Assembly: GCA_040954595.2 (NCBI GenBank)
Contig: CM082578.2
Location: 215,740-279,739 of the forward strand
Length of the DNA stretch: 64,000 nucleotides
Direction: 5' to 3'
Origin: Balanoglossus misakiensis
Taxonomy: Eukaryota; Animalia; Hemichordata
The notes below the pieces were generated by a model that saw only the letters and a list, made by a program, of their open reading frames with translations, made no database searches and was not told the origin of the DNA. Of the stretch, positions 42,201 to 55,602 are shown piece by piece. The position numbers were made by a program, and so were the translations under genes. Each line of letters begins with the position of its first letter. The stretch's first letter is position 1.

Positions 42201-45200
42201 AAGTGTCGTTCTCTTGTAAAAAGTGCTGCAAATTCCAGAAAAGGCGGTATAATTTGAATCACCCAAGACAAAATTACCATTTTCGACTTTTTTTCGAAAA
42301 ATTGTCTTTTTTACAAAATAAATAAGAATTAATTCTTTTCTTAGTTTCAAACGGGTAGAGATACTTTCCACACGGGTTTTCTAACATTGAATTCCCGTTC
42401 ATCAACTCAGATTTCCTACAGCATAAGTCGGCTAAAACCCTGAGACTTTAGAGCAGAAACAGTTGCACACTGGTAACGTTGAAAAAGTCGATTTTTCTAC
42501 GGCCTGGCTCGGCTAAATCTCCGTCACAATATGACAGACACTATCGTACGTTAGCAACGGTGATCAAGTCAGATTTTCAACGGCATGGGTTGGATAAAGC
42601 CCCGGCACTCTAGAGCAGAAACACGCGTACAGAGACCACGTTGATCAAGTCTGATCTCCTACGGCTTGGCTCGACTAAAACCCCTGCACACTATGACAGA
42701 CACTAGCGTTCGTTAGCAACGTTGATCAAGTCAGATTTCCTACGGCATGGCTTTGCTAAAGCCCTGACACTCTAGAGCAGAAACACGCGTACAGAGACCA
42801 CGTTGATCTACTCACATTTCCTTCGGCCTGGCACGGCTGATGCCCCGGCACTATATATAGGACACAGACTGGCGTAAGTTAACAACGGTAATCACGTCGG
42901 GTTTCCTACGGCCTGGCTCAGCTGAAGCCCCGGCACTCTAGAGCAGAAACAGGCGTACATTGACCACGTTGATCAAGTCAGATTTCCTACGGCGTGACTC
43001 GGCTGGTGCACCGGCTCTATATGACACAGACTGGCGTAAGTTATCAACGGTGATTACGTCGGATTTCCTACGGCCTGGTTTAGCTGAAGCCCCGGCACTT
43101 TAGAGCGGAAACACGCGTACATTGACCACGATGATCAAGTCAGATCTCCTACGGCCTGGCTCGACTAAAACCCCGGCACACCATGACAGACACTAGCGTT
43201 CGTTAGCAACGGTGATCAAGTCGGATTTCCTTCGGCCTGGCTCTGCAAAAGACCCGACACTCTAGTACAAAGACGTTGGCTAAGTCGGGCAAACCGAACA
43301 GGGAAAGTCACAGCGGGTCAACACTCGACATTTGTTCCGGTAGGACTGCTTTATTGCCTGTCAATTTATAGAGAAAGCCCGAATTTAACCAGGGCGTTTC
43401 AAACACCGACGTTAGTTGGGGGCACGGCCTGCAGTACTGCCGGGTAAGCTGACATCAGCGTACCGCATATAATGTAGGGGGGGGGGGGAACAGAACGGTT
43501 AAATACTACATTTATCAGATATCAGCTAATTTTGGACAATCATCTAAAATGTAAATCATCTTTTCATATTTGGATATCTGATGAAGTATGAAATTTCCAA
43601 TATATGTAAAAATGGTGCTGATTATAAAAAATGCACTCTGAATGAGCTGATTTAATACAAAATTGCGTTTTATTCGTTTTTGCACCAAAAAGGTCATTTT
43701 TAGGCAAAACATTCTTTATTTTTTTAATTCGGTGACCTGATCATATATAAGCAATTGCTTGCATGTTAAAAGTTTTTATGACTTTTAAAAGCAGTGACAC
43801 TGGCGGCATTCAACACGAAAATAACAATTTTAACCACAATTTGGTCAAAATGGTAAATTTTTGAAAATTACAAAAAATACCTGTTTTCTACATTTTCGGA
43901 AATCTGATGGAGTATAGAATGCTCTTCGTATATATATATCGATACAAATTCCACAAAAGACCGTCTAATTTGGCTCACTGCAGACAAAATTGCGTATTAC
44001 CAAATTTTCCTTGAAAATGTCATTTTTAGAAAAATAAAATAAAAAAACCTTCGTTCTTCGAATTTGGTGCCCTGATCATATATGATATGTTGATTGTATG
44101 TTAAAACTTTCGACCACTCCAAAAATGCAGAGATATTGACGGAATTCAAGAAAAAATAGCCATTTTGGCCATATTTTGACAAAATGGTACATTTTTAAAA
44201 AATCATAAAAAATAAACTCTTTTCTTCATTTTCGGAAATATTATGGAGCATGAAGTGTCGTTCTCTTGTAAAAAGTGCTGCAAATTCCAGAAAAGGCGGT
44301 ATAATTTGAATCACCCAAGACAAAATTACCATTTTCGACTTTTTTTCGAAAAATTGTCTTTTTTACAAAATAAATAAGAATTAATTCTTTTCTTAGTTTC
44401 AAACGGGTAGAGATACTTTCCACACGGGTTTTCTAACATTGAATTCCCGTTCATCAACTCAGATTTCCTACAGCATAAGTCGGCTAAAACCCAGAGACTT
44501 TAGAGCAGAAACAGTTGCACACTGGTAACGTTGAACAAGTCGATTTTTCTACGGCCTGGCTCGGCTAAATCTCCGTCACAATATGACAGACACTATCGTA
44601 CGTTAGCAACGGTGATCAAGTCAGATTTTCAACGGCATGGGTTGGATAAAGCCCCGGCACTCTAGAGCAGAAACACGCGTACAGAGACCACGTTGATCAA
44701 GTCTGATCTCCTACGGCTTGGCTCGACTAAAACCCCGGCACACTATGACAGACACTAGCGTTCGTTAGCAACGTTGATCAAGTCAGATTTCCTACGGCAT
44801 GGCTTTGCTAAAGCCCTGACACTCTAGAGCAGAAACACGCGTACAGAGACCACGTTGATCTACTCACATTTCCTTCGGCCTGGCACGGCTGATGCCCCGG
44901 CACTATATATAGGACACAGACTGGCGTAAGTTAACAACGGTAATCACGTCGGGTTTCCTACGGCCTGGCTCAGCTGAAGCCCCGGCACTCTAGAGCAGAA
45001 ACAGGCGTACATTGACCACGTTGATCAAGTCAGATTTCCTACGGCGTGACTCGGCTGGTGCACCGGCTCTATATGACACAGACTGGCGTAAGTTATCAAC
45101 GGTGATTACGTCGGATTTCCTACGGCCTGGTTTAGCTGAAGCCCCGGCACTTTAGAGCGGAAACACGCGTACATTGACCACGATGATCAAGTCAGATCTC

Positions 45201-46213
45201 CTACGGCCTGGCTCGACTAAAACCCCGGCACACCATGACAGACACTAGCGTTCGTTAGCAACGGTGATCAAGTCGGATTTCCTTCGGCCTGGCTCTGCAA
45301 AAGACCCGACACTCTAGTACAAAGACGTTGGCTAAGTCGGGCAAACCGAACAGGGAAAGTCACAGCGGGTCAACACTCGACATTTGTTCCGGTAGGACTG
45401 CTTTATTGCCTGTCAATTTATAGAGAAAGCCCGAATTTAACCAGGGCGTTTCAAACACCGACGTTAGTTGGGGGCACGGCCTGCAGTACTGCCGGGTAAG
45501 CTGACATCAGCGTACCGCATATAATGTAGGGGGGGGGGGAACAGAACGGTTAAATACTACATTTATCAGATATCAGCTAATTTTGGACAATCATCTAAAA
45601 TGTAAATCATCTTTTCATATTTGGATATCTGATGATGTATGAAATTTCCAATATATGTAAAAATGGTGCTGATTATAAAAAATGCACTCTGAATGAGCTG
45701 ATTTAATACAAAATTGCGTTTTATTCGTTTTTGCACCAAAAAGGTCATTTTTAGGCAAAACATTCTTTATTTTTTTAATTCGGTGACCTGATCATATATA
45801 AGCAATTGCTTGCATGTTAAAAGTTTTTATGACTTTTAAAAGCAGTGACACTGGCGGCATTCAACACGAAAATAACAATTTTAACCACAATTTGGTCAAA
45901 ATGGTAAATTTTTGAAAATTATAAAAAATACCTGTTTTCTACATTTTCGGAAATCTGATGGAGTATAGAATGCTCTTCGTATATATATATCGATACAAAT
46001 TCCACAAAAGACCGTCTAATTTGGCTCACTGCAGACAAAATTGCGTTTTACCAAATTTTCCTTGAAAATGTCATTTTTAGAAAAATAAAATAAAAAAACC
46101 TTCGTTCTTCGAATTTGGTGCCCTGATCATATATGATATGTTGATTGTATGTTAAAACTTTCGACCACTCCAAAAATGCAGAGATATTGACGGAATTCAA
46201 GAAAAAATAGCCA
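39211..46213 (-). repeat. 2-kb macrosatellite, inverted block (~3.4 units)
   Basis: Landmarks at ~40318, 42371 and 44423; ends at the inversion junction. Confidence 0.96.
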
Positions 46214-49200
46214 ACGTCTTTGTACTAGAGTGTCGGGTCTTTTGCAGAGCCAGGCCGAAGGAAATCCGACTTGATCACCGTTGCTAACGAACGCTAGTGT
46301 CTGTCATGGTGTGCCGGGGTTTTAGTCGAGCCAGGCCGTAGGAGATCTGACTTGATCATCGTGGTCAATGTACGCGTGTTTCCGCTTTAAAGTGCCGGGG
46401 CTTCAGCTAAACCAGGCCGTAGGAAATCCGACGTAATCACCGTTGATAACTTACGCCAGTCTGTGTCATATAGAGCCGGTGCACCAGCCGAGTCACGCCG
46501 TAGGAAATCTGACTTGATCAACGTGGTCAATGTACGCCTGTTTCTGCTCTAGAGTGCCGGGGCTTTATCCAACCCATGCCGTTGAAAATCTGACTTGATC
46601 ACCGTTGCTAACGTACGCTAGTGTCTGTCATATTGTGACGAGATTTAGCCGTGCCAGGCCGTAGAAAAATCGACTTGTTCAACGTTATCAGTGTGCAACT
46701 GTTTCTGCTCTAGAGTGTCAGGGTTTTAGCCGACTCATGCTGTAGGAAATCTGAGTTGATAAACGGGAATTCAATGTTTGAAAACCCGTGTGGAAAGTAT
46801 CTCTACCCGTTTGAAACTAAGAAAAGAATTTATTCTTATTTATTTTGTAAAAAAGACAATTTTTCGAAAACAAGTCGAAAATGGTAATTTTGTCTTGGGT
46901 GATTCAAATTATACCACATTTTCTGGAATTTGCAGCACTTTTTACAAAAGAACGACACATCATGCTCCATAATATTTCCGAAAATGAAGAAAAGAGTTTA
47001 TTTTTTATGATTTTTTAAAAATGTACCATTTTGTCAAAATATGGCCAAAATGGCTATTTTTTCTTTAATTCCGTCAATATCTCTGCATTTTTGGAGTGGT
47101 CGAAAGTTTTAACATACAATCAACATGTCATATATGATCAGGGCACCAAATTCGAAGAACGAAGGTTTTTTTATTTTATTTTTCTAAAAATGACATTTTC
47201 AAGGAAAATTTGGTAAAACGCAATTTTGTCTGCAGTGAGCCAAATTAGACGGTCTTTTGTGGAATTTGTATCGATATATATATACGAAGAGCATTCTATA
47301 CTCCATCAGATTTCCGAAAATGTAGAAAACAGGTATTTTTTGTAATTTTCAAAAATTTACCATTTTGACCAAATTGTGGTTAAAATTGTTATTTTCGTGT
47401 TGAATGCCGCCAGTGTCACTGCTTTTAAAAGTCATAAAAACTTTTAACATGCAAGAAATTGCTTATATATGATCAGGTCACCGAATTAAAAAAAATAAAG
47501 AATGTTTTGCCTAAAAATGACCTTTTTGGTGCAAAAACGAATAAAACGCAATTTTGTATTAAATCAGCTCATTCAGAGTGCATTTTTTATAATCAGCACC
47601 ATTTTTACATATATTGGAAATTTCATACTTCATCAGATATCCAAATATGAAAAGATGATTTACATTTTAGATGATTGTCCAAAATTAGCTGATATCTGAT
47701 AAATGTAGTATTTAACCGTTCTGTTCCCCCCCCCCCCTACATTATATGCGGTACGCTGATGTCAGCTTACCCGGCAGTACTGCAGGCCGTGCCCCCAACT
47801 AACGTCGGTGTTTGAAACGCCCTGGTTAAATTCGGGCTTTCTCTATAAATTGACAGGCAATAAAGCAGTCCTACCGGAACAAATGTCGAGTGTTGACCCG
47901 CTGTGACTTTCCCTGTTCGGTTTGCCCGACTTAGCCAACGTCTTTGTACTAGAGTGTCGGGTCTTTTGCAGAGCCAGGCCGAAGGAAATCCGACTTGATC
48001 ACCGTTGCTAACGAACGCTAGTGTCTGTCATGGTGTGCCGGGGTTTTAGTCGAGCCAGGCCGTAGGAGATCTGACTTGATCATCGTGGTCAATGTACGCG
48101 TGTTTCCGCTTTAAAGTGCCGGGGCTTCAGCTAAACCAGGCCGTAGGAAATCCGACGTAATCACCGTTGATAACTTACGCCAGTCTGTGTCATATAGAGC
48201 CGGTGCACCAGCCGAGTCACGCCGTAGGAAATCTGACTTGATCAACGTGGTCAATGTACGCCTGTTTCTGCTCTAGAGTGCCGGGGCTTCAGCTGAGCCA
48301 GGCCGTAGGAAACCCGACGTGATTACCGTTGTTAACTTACGCCAGTCTGTGTCCTATATATAGTGCCGGGGCATCAGCCGTGCCAGGCCGAAGGAAATGT
48401 GAGTAGATCAACGTGGTCTCTGTACGCGTGTTTCTGCTCTAGAGTGTCAGGGCTTTAGCAAAGCCATGCCGTAGGAAATCTGACTTGATCAACGTTGCTA
48501 ACGAACGCTAGTGTCTGTCATAGTGTGCCGGGGTTTTAGTCGAGCCAAGCCGTAGGAGATCAGACTTGATCAACGTGGTCTCTGTATGCGTGTTTCTGCT
48601 CTAGAGTGCCGGGGCTTCATCCAACCCATGCCGTTGAAAATCTGACTTGATCACCGTTGCTAACGTACGCTAGTGTCTGTCATATTGTGACGAGATTTAG
48701 CCGTGCCAGGCCGTAGAAAAATCGACTTGTTCAACGTTATCAGTGTGCAACTGTTTCTGCTCTAGAGTGTCAGGGTTTTAGCCGACTTATGCTGTAGGAA
48801 ATCTGAGTTGATAAACGGGAATTCAATGTTAGAAAACCCGTGTGGAAAGTATCTCTACCCGTTTGAAGCTAAGAAAAGAATTTATTCTTATTTATTTTGT
48901 AAAAAAGACAATTTTTCGAAAACAAGTCGAAAATGGTAATTTTGTCTTGGGTGATTCAAATTATACCACATTTTCTGGAATTTGCAGCACTTTTTACAAG
49001 AGAACGACACTTCATGCTCCATAATATTTCCGAAAATGAAGAAAAGAGTTTATTTTTTATGATTTTTTAAAAATGTACCATTTTGTCAAAATATGGCCAA
49101 AATGGCTATTTTTTCTTGAATTCCGTCAATATCTCTGCATTTTTGGAGTGGTCGAAAGTTTTAACATACAATCAACATATCATATATGATCAGGGCACCA

Positions 49201-52200
49201 AATTCGAAGAACGAAGGTTTTTTTATTTTATTTTTCTAAAAATGACATTTTCAAGGAAAATTTGGTAAAACGCAATTTTGTCTGCAGTGAGCCAAATTAG
49301 ACGGTCTTTTGTGGAATTTGTATCGATATATATATACGAAGAGCATTCTATACTCCATCAGATTTCCGAAAATGTAGAAAGCAGGTATTTTTTGTAATTT
49401 TCAAAAATTTACCATTTTGACCAAATTGTGGTTAAAATTGTTATTTTCGTGTTGAATGCCGCCAGTGTCACTGCTTTTAAAAGTCATAAAAACTTTTAAC
49501 ATGCAAGCAATTGCTTATATATGATCAGGTCACCGAATTAAAAAAATAAAGAATGTTTTGCCTAAAAATGACCTTTTTGGTGCAAAAACGAATAAAACGC
49601 AATTTTGTATTAAATCAGCTCATTCAGAGTGCATTTTTTATAATCAGCACCATTTTTACATATATTGGAAATTTCATACATCATCAGATATCCAAATATG
49701 AAAAGATGATTTACATTTTAGATGATTGTCCAAAATTAGCTGATATCTGATAAATGTAGTATTTAACCGTTCTGTTCCCCCCCCCCCCTACATTATATGC
49801 GGTACGCTGATGTCAGCTTACCCGGCAGTACTGCAGGCCGTGCCCCCAACTAACGTCGGTGTTTGAAACGCCCTGGTTAAATTCGGGCTTTCTCTATAAA
49901 TTGACAGGCAATAAAGCAGTCCTACCGGAACAAATGTCGAGTGTTGACCCGCTGTGACTTTCCCTGTTCGGTTTGCCCGACTTAGCCAACGTCTTTGTAC
50001 TAGAGTGTCGGGTCTTTTGCAGAGCCAGGCCGAAGGAAATCCGACTTGATCACCGTTGCTAACGAACGCTAGTGTCTGTCATGGTGTGCCGGGGTTTTAG
50101 TCGAGCCAGGCCGTAGGAGATCTGACTTGATCATCGTGGTCAATGTACGCGTGTTTCCGCTCTAAAGTGCCGGGGCTTCAGCTAAACCAGGCCGTAGGAA
50201 ATCCGACGTAATCACCGTTGATAACTTACGCCAGTCTGTGTCATATAGAGCCGGTGCACCAGCCGAGTCACGCCGTAGGAAATCTGACTTGATCAACGTG
50301 GTCAATGTACGCCTGTTTCTGCTCTAGAGTGCCGGGGCTTCAGCTGAGCCATGCCGTAGGAAATCTGACTTGATCAACGTTGCTAACGAACGCTAGTGTC
50401 TGTCATAGTGTGCCGGGGTTTTAGTCGAGCCAAGCCGTAGGAGATCAGACTTGATCAACGTGGTCTCTGTACGCGTGTTTCTGCTCTAGAGTGCCGGGGC
50501 TTTATCCAACCCATGCCGTTGAAAATCTGACTTGATCACCGTTGCTAACGTACGCTAGTGTCTGTCATATTGTGACGAGATTTAGCCGTGCCAGGCCGTA
50601 GAAAAATCGACTTGTTCAACGTTATCAGTGTGCAACTGTTTCTGCTCTAGAGTGTCAGGGTTTTAGCCGACTTATGCTGTAGGAAATCTGAGTTGATAAA
50701 CGGGAATTCAATGTTAGAAAACCCGTGTGGAAAGTATCTCTACCCGTTTGAAACTAAGAAAAGAATTTATTCTTATTTATTTTGTAAAAAAGACAATTTT
50801 TCGAAAACAAGTCGAAAATGGTAATTTTGTCTTGGGTGATTCAAATTATACCACATTTTCTGGAATTTGCAGCACTTTTTACAAGAGAACGACACTTCAT
50901 GCTCCATAATATTTCCGAAAATGAAGAAAAGAGTTTATTTTTTATGATTTTTTAAAAATGTACCATTTTGTCAAAATATGGCCAAAATGGCTATTTTTTC
51001 TTGAATTCCGTCAATATCTCTGCATTTTTGGAGTGGTCGAAAGTTTTAACATACAATCAACATATCATATATGATCAGGGCACCAAATTCGAAGAACGAA
51101 GGTTTTTTTATTTTATTTTTCTAAAAATGACATTTTCAAGGAAAATTTGGTAAAACGCAATTTTGTCTGCAGTGAGCCAAATTAGACGGTCTTTTGTGGA
51201 ATTTGTATCGATATATATATACGAAGAGCATTCTATACTCCATCAGATTTCCGAAAATGTAGAAAACAGGTATTTTTTGTAATTTTCAAAAATTTACCGT
51301 TTTGACCAAATTGTGGTTAAAATTGTTATTTTCGTGTTGAATGCCGCCAGTGTCACTGCTTTTAAAAGTCATAAAAACTTTTAACATGGAAGCAATTGCT
51401 TATATATGATCAGGTCACCGAATTAAAAAAATAAAGAATGTTTTGCCTAAAAATGACCTTTTTGGTGCAAAAACGAATAAAACGCAATTTTGTATTAAAT
51501 CAGCTCATTCAGAGTGCATTTTTTATAATCAGCACCATTTTTACATATATTGGAAATTTCATACATCATCAGATATCCAAATATGAAAAGATGATTTACA
51601 TTTTAGATGATTGTCCAAAATTAGCTGATATCTGATAAATGTAGTATTTAACCGTTCTGTTCCCCCCCCCCCCTACATTATATGCGGTACGCTGATGTCA
51701 GCTTACCCGGCAGTACTGCAGGCCGTGCCCCCAACTAACGTCGGTGTTTGAAACGATCTGGTTAAATTCGGGCTTTCTCTATAAATTGACAGGCAATAAT
51801 GCAGTCCTACCGGAACAAATGTCGAGTGTTGACCCGCTGTGACTTTCCCTGTTCGGTTTGCCCGACTTAGCCAAAGTCTTTGTACTAGAGTGTCGGGTCT
51901 TTTGCAGAGCCAGGCCGAAGGAAATCCGACTTGATCACCGTTGCTAACGAACGCTAGTGTCTGTCATGGTGTGCCGGGGTTTTAGTCGAGCCAGGCCGTA
52001 GGAGATCTGACTTGATCATCGTGGTCAATGTACGCGTGTTTCCGCTCTAAAGTGCCGGGGCTTCAGCTAAACCAGGCCGTAGGAAATCCGACGTAATCAC
52101 CGTTGATAACTTACGCCAGTCTGTGTCATATAGAGCCGGTGCACCAGCCGAGTCACGCCGTAGGAAATCTGACTTGATCAACGTGGTCAATGTACGCCTG

Positions 52201-54728
52201 TTTCTGCTCTAGAGTGCCGGGGCTTCAGCTGAGCCAGGCCGTAGGAAACCCGACGTGATTACCGTTGTTAACTTACGCCAGTCTGTGTCCTATATATAGT
52301 GCCGGGGCATCAGCCGTGCCAGGCTGAAGGAAATGTGAGTAGATCAACGTGGTCTCTGTACGCGTGTTTCTGCTCTAGAGTGTCAGGGCTTTAGCAAAGC
52401 CATGCCGTAGGAAATCTGACTTGATCAACGTTGCTAACGAACGCTAGTGTCTGTCATAGTGTGCCGGGGTTTTAGTCGAGCCAAGCCGTAGGAGATCAGA
52501 CTTGATCAACGTGGTCTCTGTACGCGTGTTTCTGCTCTAGAGTGCCGGGGCTTTATCCAACCCATGCCGTTGAAAATCTGACTTGATCACCGTTGCTAAC
52601 GTACGATAGTGTCTGTCATATTGTGACGGAGATTTAGCCGAGCCAGGCCGTAGAAAAATCGACTTGTTCAACGTTACCAGTGTGCAACTGTTTCTGCTCT
52701 AAAGTCTCAGGGTTTTAGCCGACTTATGCTGTAGGAAATCTGAGTTGATGAACGGGAATTCAATGTTAGAAAACCCGTGTGGAAAGTATCTCTACCCGTT
52801 TGAAACTAAGAAAAGAATTAATTCTTATTTATTTTGTAAAAAAGACAATTTTTCGAAAAAAAGTCGAAAATGGTAATTTTGTCTTGGGTGATTCAAATTA
52901 TACCGCCTTTTCTGGAATTTGCAGCACTTTTTACAAGAGAACGACACTTCATGCTCCATAATATTTCCGAAAATGAAGAAAAGAGTTAATTTTTTATGAT
53001 TTTTTAAAAATTTACCATTTTTGTCAAAATATGGCCAAAATGGCTATTTTTTCTTGAATTCCGTCAATATCTCTGCATTTTTGGAGTGGTCGAAAGTTTT
53101 AACATACAATCAACATGTCATATATGATCAGGGCACCAAATTCGAAGATAAAAGGTTTTTTTATTTTTTTTTTCTAAAAATGACATTTTCAAGGAAAATT
53201 TTGTAAAACGCAATTTTGTCTGCAGTGAGCCAAATTAGACGGTCTTTTGTGGAATTTGTATCGATATATACGTACGAAGAGCATTCTATACTCCATCAGA
53301 TTTCCGAAAATGTAGAAAACAGGTATTTTTTGTAATTTTCAAAAATTTACCATTTTGACCAAATTGTGGCTAAAATTGTTATTTTCGTGTTGAATGCCGC
53401 CAGTGTCACTGCTTTTAAATGTCATAAAAACTTTTAACATACAAGCAATTGTTTATATATGATCAGGTCACCGAATTAAAAAAATAAAGAATGTTTTGCC
53501 TAAAAATGACCTTTTTGGTGCAAAAACGAATAAAACGCAATTTTGCATTAAATCAGCTCATTCAGAGTGCATTTTTATAATCAGCACCATTTTTACATAT
53601 AATGGAAATGTCATACATCATCAGATATCCAAATATGAAAAGATGATTTACATTTTAGATGATTGTCCAAAATTAGCTGAAAGCTGATAAATGTAGTATT
53701 TAACCGTTCTGTCCCCCCCCCTACATTATATGCGGTACGCTGATGTCAGCTTACCCGGCAGTACTGCAGGCCGTGCCCCCAACTAACGTCGGTGTTTGAA
53801 ACGCCCTGGTTAAAGTCGAGCTTTCTCTACAAATTGACAGGCAATAATGCAGTCCTACCCGAACAAATGTCGAGTGTTGACCCGCTGTGACTTTCCCTCT
53901 TCGGTTTGCCCGACTTAGCCAACGTCTTTGTACTAGAGTGTCAGGTCTTTTGCAGAGCCAGGCCGAAGGAAATCCGACTATATCACCGTTGCTAACGAAC
54001 GCTAGTGTCTGTCATGGTGTGCCGGGGTTTTAGTCGAGCCAGGCCGTAGGAGATCTGACTTGATCATCGTGGTCAATGTACGCGTGTTTCCGCTCTAAAG
54101 TGCCGGGGCTTCAGCTAAACCAGGCCGTAGGAAATCCGACGTAATCACCGTTGATAACTTACGCCAGTCTGTGTCATATAGAGCCGGTGCACCAGCCGAG
54201 TCACGCCGTAGGAAATCTGACTTGATCAACGTGGTCAATGTACGCCTGTTTCTGCTCTAGAGTGCCGGGGCTTCAGCTGAGCCAGGCCGTAGGAAACCCG
54301 ACGTGATTACCGTTGTTAACTTACGCCAGTCTGTGTCCTATATATAGTGCCGGGGCATCAGCCGTGCCAGGCCGAAGGAAATGTGAGTAGATCAACGTGG
54401 TCTCTGTACGCGTGTTTCTGCTCTACAGTGCCAGGGCTTTAGCCAAGCCATGCCGAAGGAAATCTGACTTGATCAATGTTGCTAACGAACGCTAGTGTCT
54501 GTCATAGTGTGCCGGGGTTTCAGTCGAGCCAAGCCGTAGGAGATCAGACTTGATCAACCTGGTCTCTGTACGCGTGTTTCTGCTCTAGAGTGCCGGGGCT
54601 TTATCCAAGCCATGCCGTAGAAAATCTGACTTGATCACCGTTGCTAACGTACGCTAGTGTCTGTCATATTGTGACGGAGATTTAGCCGAGCCAGGCCCTA
54701 GAAAAATCGACTTGTTCAACGTTACCAG
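46208..54728 (+). repeat. 2-kb macrosatellite, forward block (~4.3 units)
   Basis: Landmarks at ~46790, 48842, 50727 and 52779. Confidence 0.96.
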
Positions 54729-55602
54729 TGTAGTAACCTCGATGTGCCGTCTCAAATGGCGCCCTAATTCACATCAAAGGCCACAGGGTTCTATAGTATT
54801 TGCCGTTAACTAACTGGAGCTCACCATCGCCGACGAACATTCCTTGTCAGATGTCACAGAAAACGCTGCTCGGAACTTTACACGAACATTTAATGACTGA
54901 ACATACAACACTGGCACTGGATGATGCGTCGCGGTGGTTGAAGTTTCCGTAGAAAACTGGCAAAAATCCCCAGGCTAACTGTGCAAAAGTCCTCACATGT
55001 GCGCCATGGAATTTTCCAGATATTTTCTAAACAAAAGCGCATGCGCTAATGTACTCACAGCGCGAGGGCGCTAGACTAAATATTTCAGTTTCTCTAAGAA
55101 CTGGGCGTCCTTACACCAGCCCCCAAATTGTTCATGAAAAAACATTAACAATTTCCATCCTAGCAAATTCAAAACGCCAACATCCATATGTGCCGAAATT
55201 ACATATCAAATAGAAATTACAAAACAATATCTATAAATATCTCGAAACGCGAAGTCGAAAGTTTTTCAGGAAACGCGAATACAAGAATCCTTTTCTTCAT
55301 GAATGTGATGATACATCCTTGACCATGCCCAGACCTCGTCCGGTCAATCATGCTGCCAAGCATGATATCCAACACATCTGTACTTCAAAGATGAGATCAA
55401 ACGCTGGACGTAGTGGATAGACTGGCCACTACTTGAGATCGTTGTTATTACAGCTGCTGGTAACTGCAACCATACCAATACCACTAAGTCTGTGCTTCCA
55501 GCAATGTGCACAACTTATCATATGGTCTTTCTAAAACACTGGATCTGGTCTTCACCAATACTCGTCTCACCACCCCTTTCCGATCAGGCATAACTTTGAC
55601 GA

